A stretch of DNA of 64,000 nt, taken from a virus. Its lineage: Duplodnaviria; Heunggongvirae; Uroviricota; Caudoviricetes. The notes beneath the pieces were generated by a model. That model saw nothing but the letters and a program-made list of their open reading frames with translations. It was not told where the DNA came from and did no database searches. The position numbers were made by a program, and so were the translations under genes. The DNA lies in IMG/VR virus record IMGVR_UViG_3300037467_000752. One strand, given 5' to 3'. Below are positions 27,123-36,600 of this stretch, piece by piece. Position 1 is the first letter of the stretch. Every line of letters begins with the position of its first letter.

Positions 27123-27284
27123 ATGTTTGGACTGTTCAAGAGCGTCACAGACGTAGTGGCGAAGGTGGCTGAAGTGGCCCTTACCCCTGTGGAAGTGGTT
27201 GCTGACGTTGCCAACGCCGTACTGGAGCCCGTGGTGGATGCAGCCCGTGTTGTCAAGGACGAAGTGAAAGAACTTACGAAGTAA
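27123..27284 (+). CDS. Hypothetical small protein (53 aa)
   Basis: RBS aaaggaagaaaag. Val/Ala-rich and helical. Confidence 0.35.
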   Translation: MFGLFKSVTDVVAKVAEVALTPVEVVADVANAVLEPVVDAARVVKDEVKELTK

Positions 27285-27285
27285 G

Positions 27286-27534
27286 GTGTCCTACTACCAA
27301 CTCGCAACGGACTTGCTTCTTAAGGGCGTCCGGGTTGCTGCAATCGAGGCCGACTACGGCCTTGTGTTCAGGCAGGGTAAGGGTGTAGACGACATTCTGC
27401 ACGCTGTCAAGAAGGTTCGTGACCCCAAGATCGGGCGAGCGAAGATCGAAACTGAAATTGGGATGTTGGAGGTCTACTTGAAGAGTATCCTCAAGCATCC
27501 GAAGAAGGAAGGTAATGGCTCTGAAGATCGTTGA
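27286..27534 (+). CDS. Hypothetical protein (82 aa)
   Basis: GTG start after the previous stop. Confidence 0.4.
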   Translation: MSYYQLATDLLLKGVRVAAIEADYGLVFRQGKGVDDILHAVKKVRDPKIGRAKIETEIGMLEVYLKSILKHPKKEGNGSEDR

Positions 27535-27973
27535 GGGCGACTTATTCGCTAACGTGAAGCCGCCTGCGCTAATCGTGCACGGCTGCAACGCACAAGGGAA
27601 GATGGAGAGTGGGTTTGCAGGCAAGCTGCGGAACAAGTTCCCCGATGCCTACAAAATCTACAAGACGGCTGAAGAGGCCCACGGGTTGATGCTGGGTGAC
27701 ATCAACGGCTACACGGACACGGACGGCCACATCATCGTCAACGCCATCACGCAAGAGTTCTACGGCAACGACAAGAGCATTGTCTACGTAGACTACGAAG
27801 CAGTGGAAAAGGCCCTGAGCACTGTGGCCCGATTCGCTGCCCAACTGCCGGGAGGCATTCCCATCCATCTACCGTTCATCGGTGGCGGGCTGGCGAATGG
27901 CAACCGGGACAAGCTGCTAGAGATTTTCGAACGTGTCTTCAAAGACTCCGACGCAACACTCTGGCTTCAATAA
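27515..27973 (+). CDS. Macrodomain protein (ADP-ribose binding or hydrolysing; MacroD/YmdB-like)
   Basis: N-terminal GDLFANVKPPALIVHGCNAQGKMESGFAGKL and C-terminal HLPFIGGGLANG match macrodomain signature regions. RBS gaagaaggaagg. Confidence 0.6.
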   Translation: MALKIVEGDLFANVKPPALIVHGCNAQGKMESGFAGKLRNKFPDAYKIYKTAEEAHGLMLGDINGYTDTDGHIIVNAITQEFYGNDKSIVYVDYEAVEKALSTVARFAAQLPGGIPIHLPFIGGGLANGNRDKLLEIFERVFKDSDATLWLQ

Positions 27974-27993
27974 CTGTACAAGAAAGGAAACTT

Positions 27994-28236
27994 ATGCTCT
28001 TTTTTATCATGCTGGGCGTGGTTGTCGCCCTTACCATCCTCTTTGGCTTCGCAGGGGCCGAAGCAGGCTTAGGGGGCTGCCTCATCGGTCTTTGGACCGC
28101 TGGAATTGTCGGCTGGGTAGCGAACATCGTTGCCATCTGGCACGGCCCTGCGTTGGCTGCGTTTGGCGTACAGGACATTCTTCGCGTCATCGGCATTGTC
28201 GTTGCGCCGATTGGCGTTGTGCTGGGTTACATCTAA
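27994..28236 (+). CDS. Small integral membrane protein (two TM helices)
   Basis: Almost entirely hydrophobic 80-aa protein. RBS aaagaaaggaaa. Confidence 0.45.
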   Translation: MLFFIMLGVVVALTILFGFAGAEAGLGGCLIGLWTAGIVGWVANIVAIWHGPALAAFGVQDILRVIGIVVAPIGVVLGYI

Positions 28237-28376
28237 CCCACTACCACCAATCAACCAGACCTGTCAATAGGTCAGTTTACTAGGAGTTTCAAATCAGCAA
28301 CGAAAACGTAACAGTTGGCGATGTCACCATTGTCCCAGCAGAGCTAAGGAGCTACACTGACGACAGTTTCCGAATC

Positions 28377-28574
28377 TTGAACGCGGCAGAGTCCTACAAA
28401 ACCGAGTTCAAGGAAATGATAACGGCAGCGTCTGAAAAGACGGGTCTTCCTAAGAAGGTCTTGTCCAAGTATTTCAAAGCCCGCTTCAAGGAAGCGACCA
28501 AAGAAGCAGCGGAAGAAGGCGAAGTTTTTGCAGCCCTTGACCGCGTACTCGATGGTGACACCACACCGACCTGA
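28377..28574 (+). CDS. Hypothetical small protein; TTG start uncertain
   Basis: Lys/Glu-rich helical protein. The start codon is ambiguous. Confidence 0.3.
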   Translation: MNAAESYKTEFKEMITAASEKTGLPKKVLSKYFKARFKEATKEAAEEGEVFAALDRVLDGDTTPT

Positions 28575-28628
28575 AATTTCCTCGCAAGAGGAACCCTGAA
28601 ACAACAACCTTTAAGGAAGACCCAAACC

Positions 28629-28892
28629 ATGAACCTGCAAATTATTTCCGCCGTCCTGAGCATCACGCCCAAAGTCATCGCTGTCATTCGTGAACTGGAG
28701 GAAATCGATTCCACCAGTGGAAAAGGCGCTGCCAAAAAGGCGCTGGCGCTGAAACTCGTGGAAGCTGCATACAACGCAACGAAACCCACCATCCCGTTCG
28801 CCGACATCGCCGCTGCCATCAGCACCACGATTGACGCGGCGGTGGAGTTCTTCAACAGCATCGGCACTTTTGTGAAGGGCCTTAAGAAGTAA
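28629..28892 (+). CDS. Hypothetical protein, possibly Holin_LLH-like
   Basis: Hydrophobic N-terminus NLQIISAVLSITPKVIAVI, then an amphipathic Ala/Lys-rich region. RBS taaggaaga. Confidence 0.3.
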   Translation: MNLQIISAVLSITPKVIAVIRELEEIDSTSGKGAAKKALALKLVEAAYNATKPTIPFADIAAAISTTIDAAVEFFNSIGTFVKGLKK

Positions 28893-28987
28893 TGTGATGG
28901 TCAGCACAACCTTGTTTCCGGCGCTAGTGTACCACGGGCACTCAGCAATTAAAACAGGGTTGGCGACGGCTCACCGCTTCTGAATCG

Positions 28988-29023
28988 AAAAAAAAAAAAG
29001 ACGCACCCCCGAAGGAGTACGTC
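28988..29023 (-). terminator. Strong intrinsic terminator for the minus-strand operon
   Basis: On the minus strand the stem is GACGUACUCC-UUCG-GGGGUGCGUC (10 bp with two G-U pairs and a UUCG tetraloop), followed by 12 U residues. Marks the convergence point of the + and - transcription units. Confidence 0.7.
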
Positions 29024-29134
29024 CAAAGCTCTACCACGAGCTAAAACTTACACTTAATTGTGGCCGTCAGGCCATCGACCTCGCTCAGCTTGACCATGAC
29101 TAAATCGTGGGCTTGACTGGCGAGGTCTTTTACG

Positions 29135-29587
29135 TTATCCGCCAGCTTTTCCGTACTGGTCAACTTCCTGCTGTCGGAGCCAAGCGGCGGCTCGCTCACG
29201 TGTGGCGTCATCGACACGTGGCACTGAACCCCCTGCGGGAGCCACGGAAACGGGCTGTGGGGCACTTTCTCGTGCTGGCTGAGGGCTAGGCATAGGCTCG
29301 GCATCGGGCTCGCCTGCGGGCTGCAATCCATTGACACCGATGGTGCGGCTTGTAACGAGTGTGCCGACAACGTTAATGATAGCGATAGCGCCAGTGCCGA
29401 TAGCATCCGCCGTGCTTTGATCGAGGGGGAGGTCATGGCCTGTGAATGCCTTGTAGACGTGTGCAAGGGCGAGCAGTACGCCCGCGATGACCGTTGCCGT
29501 CAGTTGCACGGCCTTGCCCTTGCCGGGGTTTGCGATAGCGGAACCTACTTTGAAAAGTTCCCAAACCGCTGCGATCTTATCTTTCAT
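29135..29587 (-). CDS. Holin-like membrane protein
   Basis: Two hydrophobic helices (VIAGVLLALAHVY and GAIAIINVVGTLV). Sits directly downstream of the endolysin. The Pro-rich C-terminus and an overlapping alternative frame (29041-29466) make the 3' end uncertain. Confidence 0.4.
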   Translation of the reverse strand: MKDKIAAVWELFKVGSAIANPGKGKAVQLTATVIAGVLLALAHVYKAFTGHDLPLDQSTADAIGTGAIAIINVVGTLVTSRTIGVNGLQPAGEPDAEPMPSPQPARESAPQPVSVAPAGGSVPRVDDATRERAAAWLRQQEVDQYGKAGG

Positions 29588-29597
29588 AGGTAGCTCC

Positions 29598-30140
29598 TTA
29601 AATGACTACGCGGTTCAAAACCCAACCGAAGAAGAATTCCTCATTGGCTGGCCGCTTCTCTGATATTTCCAAGTAGCGCACGCACTGCAGGGAGTTCAAC
29701 ACTCGCAGCAAAACTGCTTCGCCGTCTTTCCCCCGCTTAGCGAGGAAGGTAGCCAAAGCACTTAGTGTGCCGGGGCCAATTTGTCCGTCTGTAGCAATGT
29801 CCGCGAAGTCGCGGCCTTGTCGGTTGAGCGCATTGAGCGCCCGCTGCAACATCGGTTTGGCTGCATTCACTCCGCAGTTCACCCCCGTGTCGCACACTTC
29901 TTCAGCAATCGCTTCCGACAACTGCGCTACCTTGTCCAAGCCCGGCTCAAGCCAATACGTCTGTAGGTAGATGTTGTAGGCCAAATCACGCGGCAAGTCT
30001 TTCATATCTCCTGTGTAGCCATGCGCCCTAGCGACCTTCTCCGTGATGCCGTATTTCGTTGCACCGCCCGTATCTGCCGGGTTATTGGAATAGCCGCCTT
30101 CAGTACGAATGATGCCGTCAATGATTTGTTCTACCTTCAC
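29598..30140 (-). CDS. Endolysin: GH108 lysozyme-like domain plus a C-terminal peptidoglycan-binding domain
   Basis: Segment EGGYSNNPADTGGATKYGIT matches the GH108 signature. C-terminal PG_binding_3-like region. Confidence 0.7.
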   Translation of the reverse strand: MKVEQIIDGIIRTEGGYSNNPADTGGATKYGITEKVARAHGYTGDMKDLPRDLAYNIYLQTYWLEPGLDKVAQLSEAIAEEVCDTGVNCGVNAAKPMLQRALNALNRQGRDFADIATDGQIGPGTLSALATFLAKRGKDGEAVLLRVLNSLQCVRYLEISEKRPANEEFFFGWVLNRVVI

Positions 30141-30149
30141 ACTTCTTCC

Positions 30150-30452
30150 TTAATTCGTCTTGTCGGCCTTCTGGTCCAGTTTGTCATAAACCCTCTTACT
30201 GAAGTCCTTGAAGTCTTCAGAGAGGGTCACGATTTGGCGACTCATGCCGCCCAATACCTCCTTGATGCCATTCATCGCATCCGCAAGGTCATTGTGGTTA
30301 ACATACTTCTCTGCCACATGAAGCTTGAAATCTGCCAAGTCTTTCGCCGTCTCGTCCATCTTTTTGCTAGCCTGCTGGTATAACCACCACATGACAGCGC
30401 ACAACGCGCCAATCAGCGGCAGTGCCCACGTCCTCAACGTTTCAAAATCCAT
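30150..30452 (-). CDS. Single-TM membrane protein; i-spanin or holin candidate
   Basis: N-terminal TM helix WALPLIGALCAVMWWLY followed by a charged coiled-coil region. Confidence 0.4.
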   Translation of the reverse strand: MDFETLRTWALPLIGALCAVMWWLYQQASKKMDETAKDLADFKLHVAEKYVNHNDLADAMNGIKEVLGGMSRQIVTLSEDFKDFSKRVYDKLDQKADKTN

Positions 30453-30465
30453 TTACTACTCCCCC

Positions 30466-30996
30466 TCAAGTACCTTCATCGTTTTTGTCGTTCAGGACCA
30501 GATACACAGGGTATCCGCTCTCCTGTGCCTTCTCCACTACAGCGGCAGGCGTCGCCTTCGGCCCTAAATCAAGTCCGGACAAGCGACGCATTACCACAGT
30601 AAGCTCCGCACACATCCAAAGCTCATCTTCACCGATCTTTAGCACCCCAAACTGACCGAGCACGGCTTCCACCTTCGAATACTCTCCAAGGCCAACCCGC
30701 GCCAAACCGAAGCGCAATTCTTCTTCTGTCATCGGATAATCTTCGCCAACAGGCATCCAGTAGAAGCCGTGATCTTGAAGATTGGACAGCGGGAAGATTC
30801 GCACAACAGGCGTCACCGACTCGATAACGAACACACGTCCAGCGACTACCCAAGCCACACAGACGTGGCAATACTCGCTTTCCGTTCCAATGCGAACAGC
30901 TTGAACCTGCAAGTCATACAGGCTGTTCCACGACTTGTGCGTCAGGGCAATCAAATCACCTGACTTGATTCGTCCTCGTACTTCTGCATAGTTCAT
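30466..30996 (-). CDS. Hypothetical protein, possibly a permuted papain-fold or NlpC/P60-like peptidase
   Basis: Segment GDLIALTHKSW...ESEYCHVCVAWVV carries conserved Cys and His residues reminiscent of C92/YiiX-type enzymes. Weak assignment. Confidence 0.3.
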   Translation of the reverse strand: MNYAEVRGRIKSGDLIALTHKSWNSLYDLQVQAVRIGTESEYCHVCVAWVVAGRVFVIESVTPVVRIFPLSNLQDHGFYWMPVGEDYPMTEEELRFGLARVGLGEYSKVEAVLGQFGVLKIGEDELWMCAELTVVMRRLSGLDLGPKATPAAVVEKAQESGYPVYLVLNDKNDEGT

Positions 30997-31006
30997 GATG
31001 TTTGCG

Positions 31007-31579
31007 TTACCAGCTAATTGCTGCTACCTGCTCTGGCGTTGTTGCAGAGGCAAGCGCAGACTTCAGTTGCTGGGCCTTGGCGAAGTTGGCTGCACCCTGT
31101 GCCCACATACTGGAGTAGAAAGCTTTCCAGTCAGCAATTGTGCTGATTGTTAGGAAGCCTCCGTCTAATGTTTTCCAGCCCCCGGGCCAACCCGAGGGGA
31201 ACGCACCGTTGTTTGTCACTTCGCCGTTAGTGCCGTCAATGTCGCTGCGACTTAGCGAGTCGCACGCAATCTTGTGACCTAGATGCATGAAGTAGGTGCA
31301 GTTGGCAGCGAGCCGGGCTTTGTTAATCTCTTCCTCTTTGGAAGACTTCAACCCAGCTAGGACTGTTTCGTCGTGAATTGCTTTGGTGGCTTCATCGAAC
31401 TGGAGTGTATTCCCCACTCGTGTCATACCTCCGAGAACGATGTCACCGGCTAAAGGTCCATCGACTGCGGTGTCCCAAACTACCAACGACTGAGCGAAGT
31501 AGGCGGGCTGATCTACAGGCACATCCACTTCCAACAGTGCTTGTTCACCTGTCGGAGTGTTGACAAGCAGCGTTCGCAT
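31007..31579 (-). CDS. Hypothetical tail-associated protein
   Basis: Positioned in the tail module. No domain assigned. Confidence 0.45.
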   Translation of the reverse strand: MRTLLVNTPTGEQALLEVDVPVDQPAYFAQSLVVWDTAVDGPLAGDIVLGGMTRVGNTLQFDEATKAIHDETVLAGLKSSKEEEINKARLAANCTYFMHLGHKIACDSLSRSDIDGTNGEVTNNGAFPSGWPGGWKTLDGGFLTISTIADWKAFYSSMWAQGAANFAKAQQLKSALASATTPEQVAAISW

Positions 31580-32415
31580 TACAGGCCTACCTTACGGATA
31601 GAGAACAACACCGAGGCTGTCGTGGCGTTCGGCTGGCCGTCTGTGTGTGGACGAACTACATCACCGCTGAAAAGGCGCACAGTTCGTGTAACGCAAGCAG
31701 GGAATGCTGCACCCCCCGGCCCAGCCCCAAACACAATCCTGTTGGCAACAGGTGTAGCGTTGACGGATGTGGTTAGGTTGGTAGCGTTCACCGTCACACC
31801 GATCAAGAAACTACTAGCAGTGTTGTACACGTCTGTGTAGTTAACCTCATACAGCCCGGCATCCACGATGGTGAAAGTCGCACCGTTCACTGCGTCATCT
31901 ACGTACTGCACTGCCGTGCCAGCTTGCCGAAGAGTTGTTGTGAAGCGCCTAATCTTCGTGTTTGTCGAACCGTAGCCATTACCTGTGTGCACGGTAATCT
32001 CGTGATCCCCTATAACGTTAGCAACGAAGCCGGATTGAGAGATAGTCCAAGCATTGAGTGTGCTACTGCCGAGTGCATACTTAACGTCCACTACCAAATT
32101 ACCTGTGGTTGCGTTGTAGCTTGTAACCAGCGCGGTCATATTTAGGGTATTGGGCGCAGGTGTGTTAGCAATACTAACCCACATCCCGGGCTGGAAACTC
32201 TTGTTAGGAGAGACAGTAAACGTCTTAGTTCCCGTACCAATCGTAACGCTTGTGGTGCTGGTGTCGTTCGTTGCGTTGAGGGTCATTGCCGTAGCAACTG
32301 CATTAGTCTCAGTCACGAACGTAGGCAGTGCAGCTAGAAAGGCATCAGCGGTCGGGGTGAACGTGCTTTGCGGCATACTCCGATTAGGGGGTGTGGGCAG
32401 TGCAGTGATTGTCAT
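31579..32415 (-). CDS. Hypothetical tail protein (Thr/Asn-rich, beta-rich)
   Basis: Composition typical of tail tip or fibre-like proteins. Confidence 0.45.
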   Translation of the reverse strand: MTITALPTPPNRSMPQSTFTPTADAFLAALPTFVTETNAVATAMTLNATNDTSTTSVTIGTGTKTFTVSPNKSFQPGMWVSIANTPAPNTLNMTALVTSYNATTGNLVVDVKYALGSSTLNAWTISQSGFVANVIGDHEITVHTGNGYGSTNTKIRRFTTTLRQAGTAVQYVDDAVNGATFTIVDAGLYEVNYTDVYNTASSFLIGVTVNATNLTTSVNATPVANRIVFGAGPGGAAFPACVTRTVRLFSGDVVRPHTDGQPNATTASVLFSIRKVGL

Positions 32416-32427
32416 ATTGATTCCTTA

Positions 32428-33582
32428 TTAAGTCAGACCTTCAACCTCAAGCGAACACGTAGATGTGCCGTCTGAGTAGCCGATGTCAATTTCAAATGTC
32501 TTGTAAAAACCGTACACCAGCGTAGCCCCATAAAGCTCCGTTCCAATGTAGAGAATCGGCGTTGCCCTGTACAATGCCAGCAGATTTTGCGTTTGATCTA
32601 CAAGTTTCGATTCCAACGTAACAGTGAAGCTGGCTCGCTTGCTATAAGCACGTTGTACGATTGTGTAGTTGCCGAAGTTATCTTGGCTCTTGATTGAATA
32701 ATCTTGCACACCGACCTTTGCACCAACCTCTGTGTCGCCAATGTTAAGTGCATGACCTAGAATCATTTCGCCACAGTAAACAGGTGACCCCAGTTCGTTC
32801 GTAAGTGTCAACGTCAGCGTGCCACTCGCGTAGGGAGGAATGTCAGCAAAGGTGATGTCAGTGACGTAAGCAATGGGCTCAAAAAAGTAGGCGTACATGT
32901 CGTCCACTCCCTCCACTGCCCGAGTCTGCGCAGTCACGTTGTACACAACACCGTCCACCGTCGTGAACACACACGAAGCTGTCGTTGCACCACTGATGTT
33001 TAGCAATGCCACTGTGTCAATTACCTCAGTGATCGCAATGCTTACTTCAATCGTGCCATCTGCCCCAACAGTCTGTGCTTGCACACGTGCATCAAACATC
33101 TTCCAGCGATTTTCCGCACCAGTATCCAACCACGCGGTAGGGTTGCTATCGGGCTGTTGATTGTAGGGACCTGCGGTCGCAGTTATGGGGGCTGAACCAG
33201 TGTTGGCGGTGGAACCCGGGTTTGTAACTGAGGCGCCAGCTTGAGTCGTAATTTGAAAAGAATCTGCCAAAAGATTCGCACTAGCAATCAGATACACAGT
33301 ACCGGCGGTAACACCTGTAGGTGTTGTGCCACTAAAAATCACCGCAGTGCCTGCAGCTAATCCGTGTGCGGTCCAATTGATCGCAAACGGACTTCCGTTT
33401 GAAACGCCTGCAAAAGTCACGGTCCCGGATTTACCCGATAGTGCTTCGTAGATGTGTGTGTCATAGAGAACCTGCTGACCAGCGACATACACAGTTGTAG
33501 CGTCATAGGCTGGTGCGGCATCGTCAGGAATATTACTCGTCAGGCCAGCGTCAATCACTGTAAAGGGTCGAATGATTTTCAT
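32428..33582 (-). CDS. Minor or distal tail protein
   Basis: First gene downstream of the tape measure protein. 384 aa and beta-rich. Confidence 0.45.
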   Translation of the reverse strand: MKIIRPFTVIDAGLTSNIPDDAAPAYDATTVYVAGQQVLYDTHIYEALSGKSGTVTFAGVSNGSPFAINWTAHGLAAGTAVIFSGTTPTGVTAGTVYLIASANLLADSFQITTQAGASVTNPGSTANTGSAPITATAGPYNQQPDSNPTAWLDTGAENRWKMFDARVQAQTVGADGTIEVSIAITEVIDTVALLNISGATTASCVFTTVDGVVYNVTAQTRAVEGVDDMYAYFFEPIAYVTDITFADIPPYASGTLTLTLTNELGSPVYCGEMILGHALNIGDTEVGAKVGVQDYSIKSQDNFGNYTIVQRAYSKRASFTVTLESKLVDQTQNLLALYRATPILYIGTELYGATLVYGFYKTFEIDIGYSDGTSTCSLEVEGLT

Positions 33583-33601
33583 TAGCTAAACCTCAATTCT
33601 T

Positions 33602-33627
33602 AAAAGAAGAAAAGGGGCCGAAGCCCC
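33602..33627 (-). terminator. Hairpin attenuator after the tape measure gene
   Basis: On the minus strand the stem is GGGGC-UUCG-GCCCC, followed by UUUUCUUCUUUU. Lies between the tape measure stop and the next tail gene. Confidence 0.45.
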
Positions 33628-36600
33628 TTATTCAGTACGTGTGACCGGCATTCCATCCGAATCCCAGCGTTGGAAGATTTTGTACAAATCTTTCGTCTTC
33701 TGGACGTTGGCAAGGTCACCATCTTTGATGATTGACTTCAAATCCTCGATAGCATCCTTCAGGTCTTTTTGGGCCTGTGCAGATTCATCGGGACTCTTCA
33801 GACGCCGCATCAACTCTACGTTATCCGCAGCCGGGATGATTCGTTCACCCGTGTGGATTTGCGCGAGCATGTCTTCCGGCACGTCATTTGTACCAACAGC
33901 AAACTTCGGCACAAGACCAGTAATCGTCGCAACTTGGTCCTGCGTGAACGTAGCGCCCATCGCTTCACCAGCCGTCTGATTAACCATTGTCTGGATGTCA
34001 TCGGGCGACATTGCGGCCCACTGTTCAACCGTCAGCGATGTTGCCGCACCCTTCACCAAGTCTGGGAGTTTCCCGTACTGTGCAAGGAACGCATTGGTGT
34101 ACGCTACCTCGTTGTTCAGCGAAGAACCGATTTGGGCCACACGTTCTGCGTTGACGTAAGTGCTACCATCCCCTACAGCGTAGCCACCCGAGGAATCAAA
34201 GCCCGGAGCAAATGTGCCCGGAGAACTGATCTTGGAAATAGCTCCGTTGCCGAAGTTGTTGGTAGTGATGCCGCTTCCGCCTGCACCACCGCCCGCGCTA
34301 GTTGTGGAGCCCGTAGCCCCCACAGCCGGGAGTCCGTGAGCCACGAAGGCTGCGGACAGTGCCGTTTGGAAGTTAGCCAGAGCCGTAGAGATAGACTTGA
34401 CAGAAGTGTCAATGCCGTTCAATGCATCAATCTGCGATTGCGCAGCGTCCACGATTGCATCCAGCCTGTCGAGGTCTGCCTGATGGCTGTCCGCGAGGGC
34501 CTTAAGCTGGTCTTCAGACGTTTGCTTAATAGCATCAATTGTATCATTGATAGCATCGATTGTCAACTGCGCCTTATCCACTTCGCCCTTAGACTTACCA
34601 GACAACGAAGCCAGTAACATACTGGTACGTGCTTGATCGCGTTGGTAGTCTTCAAGCGTAGAAAAGAAGCCTTCGCTGGGCTTAGAAACGTTCGTAAGGG
34701 CGTCCTTGAACCCAGCCACATCCGACAGATTACCTGCCTTTACTGCACCAGCTAAGAGGTTTTGAGCCTCCTTGCGGCGGGCGATGTCCAGCGCCTGTGT
34801 CTCCACGACAGTAGACTTGATCGCACTCTGAATCGCGTCAAAGATCGACTGAGCATCTTTCAACACCTGTTGGGCGGGCTTGAGCTTGGCCTGTTCGGCT
34901 TTGGTAGCCAAATCAGCTTGCTTCTTAATCGCCTCAACCTGTGCATTGTAGATACCCGTCAGACGCTTCTTTTCAGCATCCACCGAACGCTTCAAACCAT
35001 CCAGCGCAGCACTCAAGGTTTTGTCAGCCGTTTCCTTAGCAGTATCTGCCAAAGTCTTCGTGGTATCCGTCAGGTCCGAGAACGTCCCCGAGAGAGTCAG
35101 CAACTTACCGACCAGCGCATCACCCGCAGCCGTACCGTCATCCAGACTAATCACCAGAGCCTTGAATTCCTCCTTCGTCTTCGGCAATTCCAGCCCGAGA
35201 GCATGGAATTGATCCGTCAAAGTTTGCTTCAGCATCGAGTTCTTCTCCGCATCCGTGAAGAAGTTATCCACGAAGTCAGACATGCCTGTGCTCAGAGCGT
35301 CCAGTCCACCGGCACCACGGATGGTGTCAACGGACAGGTTGCTACCGTTTAGGCCAGTCTGATTGAACTGATTGCGCAGCGTCGTGAGTTGCTTGTACAC
35401 GCCAGCGATGTCGTCGGCAGAGCCCTGCAGCGTTTCAACGATATCGCCGATGTTGCTGTTAAAGCCTTCCGCAGCGACGATACTGTCACGCACCAATTCC
35501 GCAGAAACATCTCCTTGTTTGTTCTGGATATCCGAGTACGCCACTGCTTGAATGCCGAGTTGCTCAAGGACATACTGCCCCTTCTCAACTCCGGACGACA
35601 CACGAACAATGGTTTCGAAGTAGCCTTCACCGACCTTCTGGAATTCCTTCAGACCGGGCATGACTGCTTCCGCCATCACGTCACCAGCTTTGCTGAACGC
35701 AGCTTCCAATTCCTTTTGAACATCCGCGCCCGACAAACCCTTCAAGCTGATTTTCGTCAGCCCGAGTTCGTCAAGGTTCAGAGCCTTCAGGAGGTTTTCT
35801 GCAACGTCGCGGTTCACCCCGAATTGCGTACCAGCTTCAAGCACGCTGTTGAACATCGACACCAACGTGCGGGCCATGCCTTCTTTCAACGCGGGGTCGA
35901 GAGCCGACATTTGCGATTCGTTGGAGCTATCGCTGAACAGGCCGAAGAAGCTGGAAGACTCCTTGTGGATGTCTGCGTAGCCTTGGGCGTTAATACCGCC
36001 CGACAACACGTCGCCGAGCGTTTGTGCACGTGTCGGCGCGACGAGTGAGCCGCCCCTTGCCTGAAACATAGGGTTGCCATCTGCGTCTGTCAGTGGTTGC
36101 GGGGTTGACAACGCAATGCGGTCAAACGAGATACCCGAGTCTTGCAACTCAGTTGAGGACTTGCTGAAACCGAGGAAGCTCTTAGAACTACCAACACCGA
36201 TCTTCATCAGGTCCGCAGACGTGCCACGAAGACCCGCCGTAGAGGAAACGGTAGCAGCCATACCAGCGATGCCGTTGTTGATGCCGCGCAGTTGCACCAG
36301 CATTTGCGACGAGTGCGTCAGTTCGATACTGGAGTTGTTGGACAGGATGTCGAGAGCCTTGGAGAGCGATTCAGACTTAGCCGACTCGTCACCAAGGACG
36401 GTGCCGGTGCCTTGCACCGCTTGACGCTCTTTTGCAACGTCAACCGAAGCACCGCTACCACCGACAGCGAAGCCGAGCGCGGCCATAATTGCAGCCATTG
36501 CGGCGATACGAGCAAACGCTGTGTAGGGGTCGCCGCCGCCCTGATTGGTAACGGCTACGCCTGCGTTCGCCATCGACTTTGCAAAGGCAGCTTGAACTTC

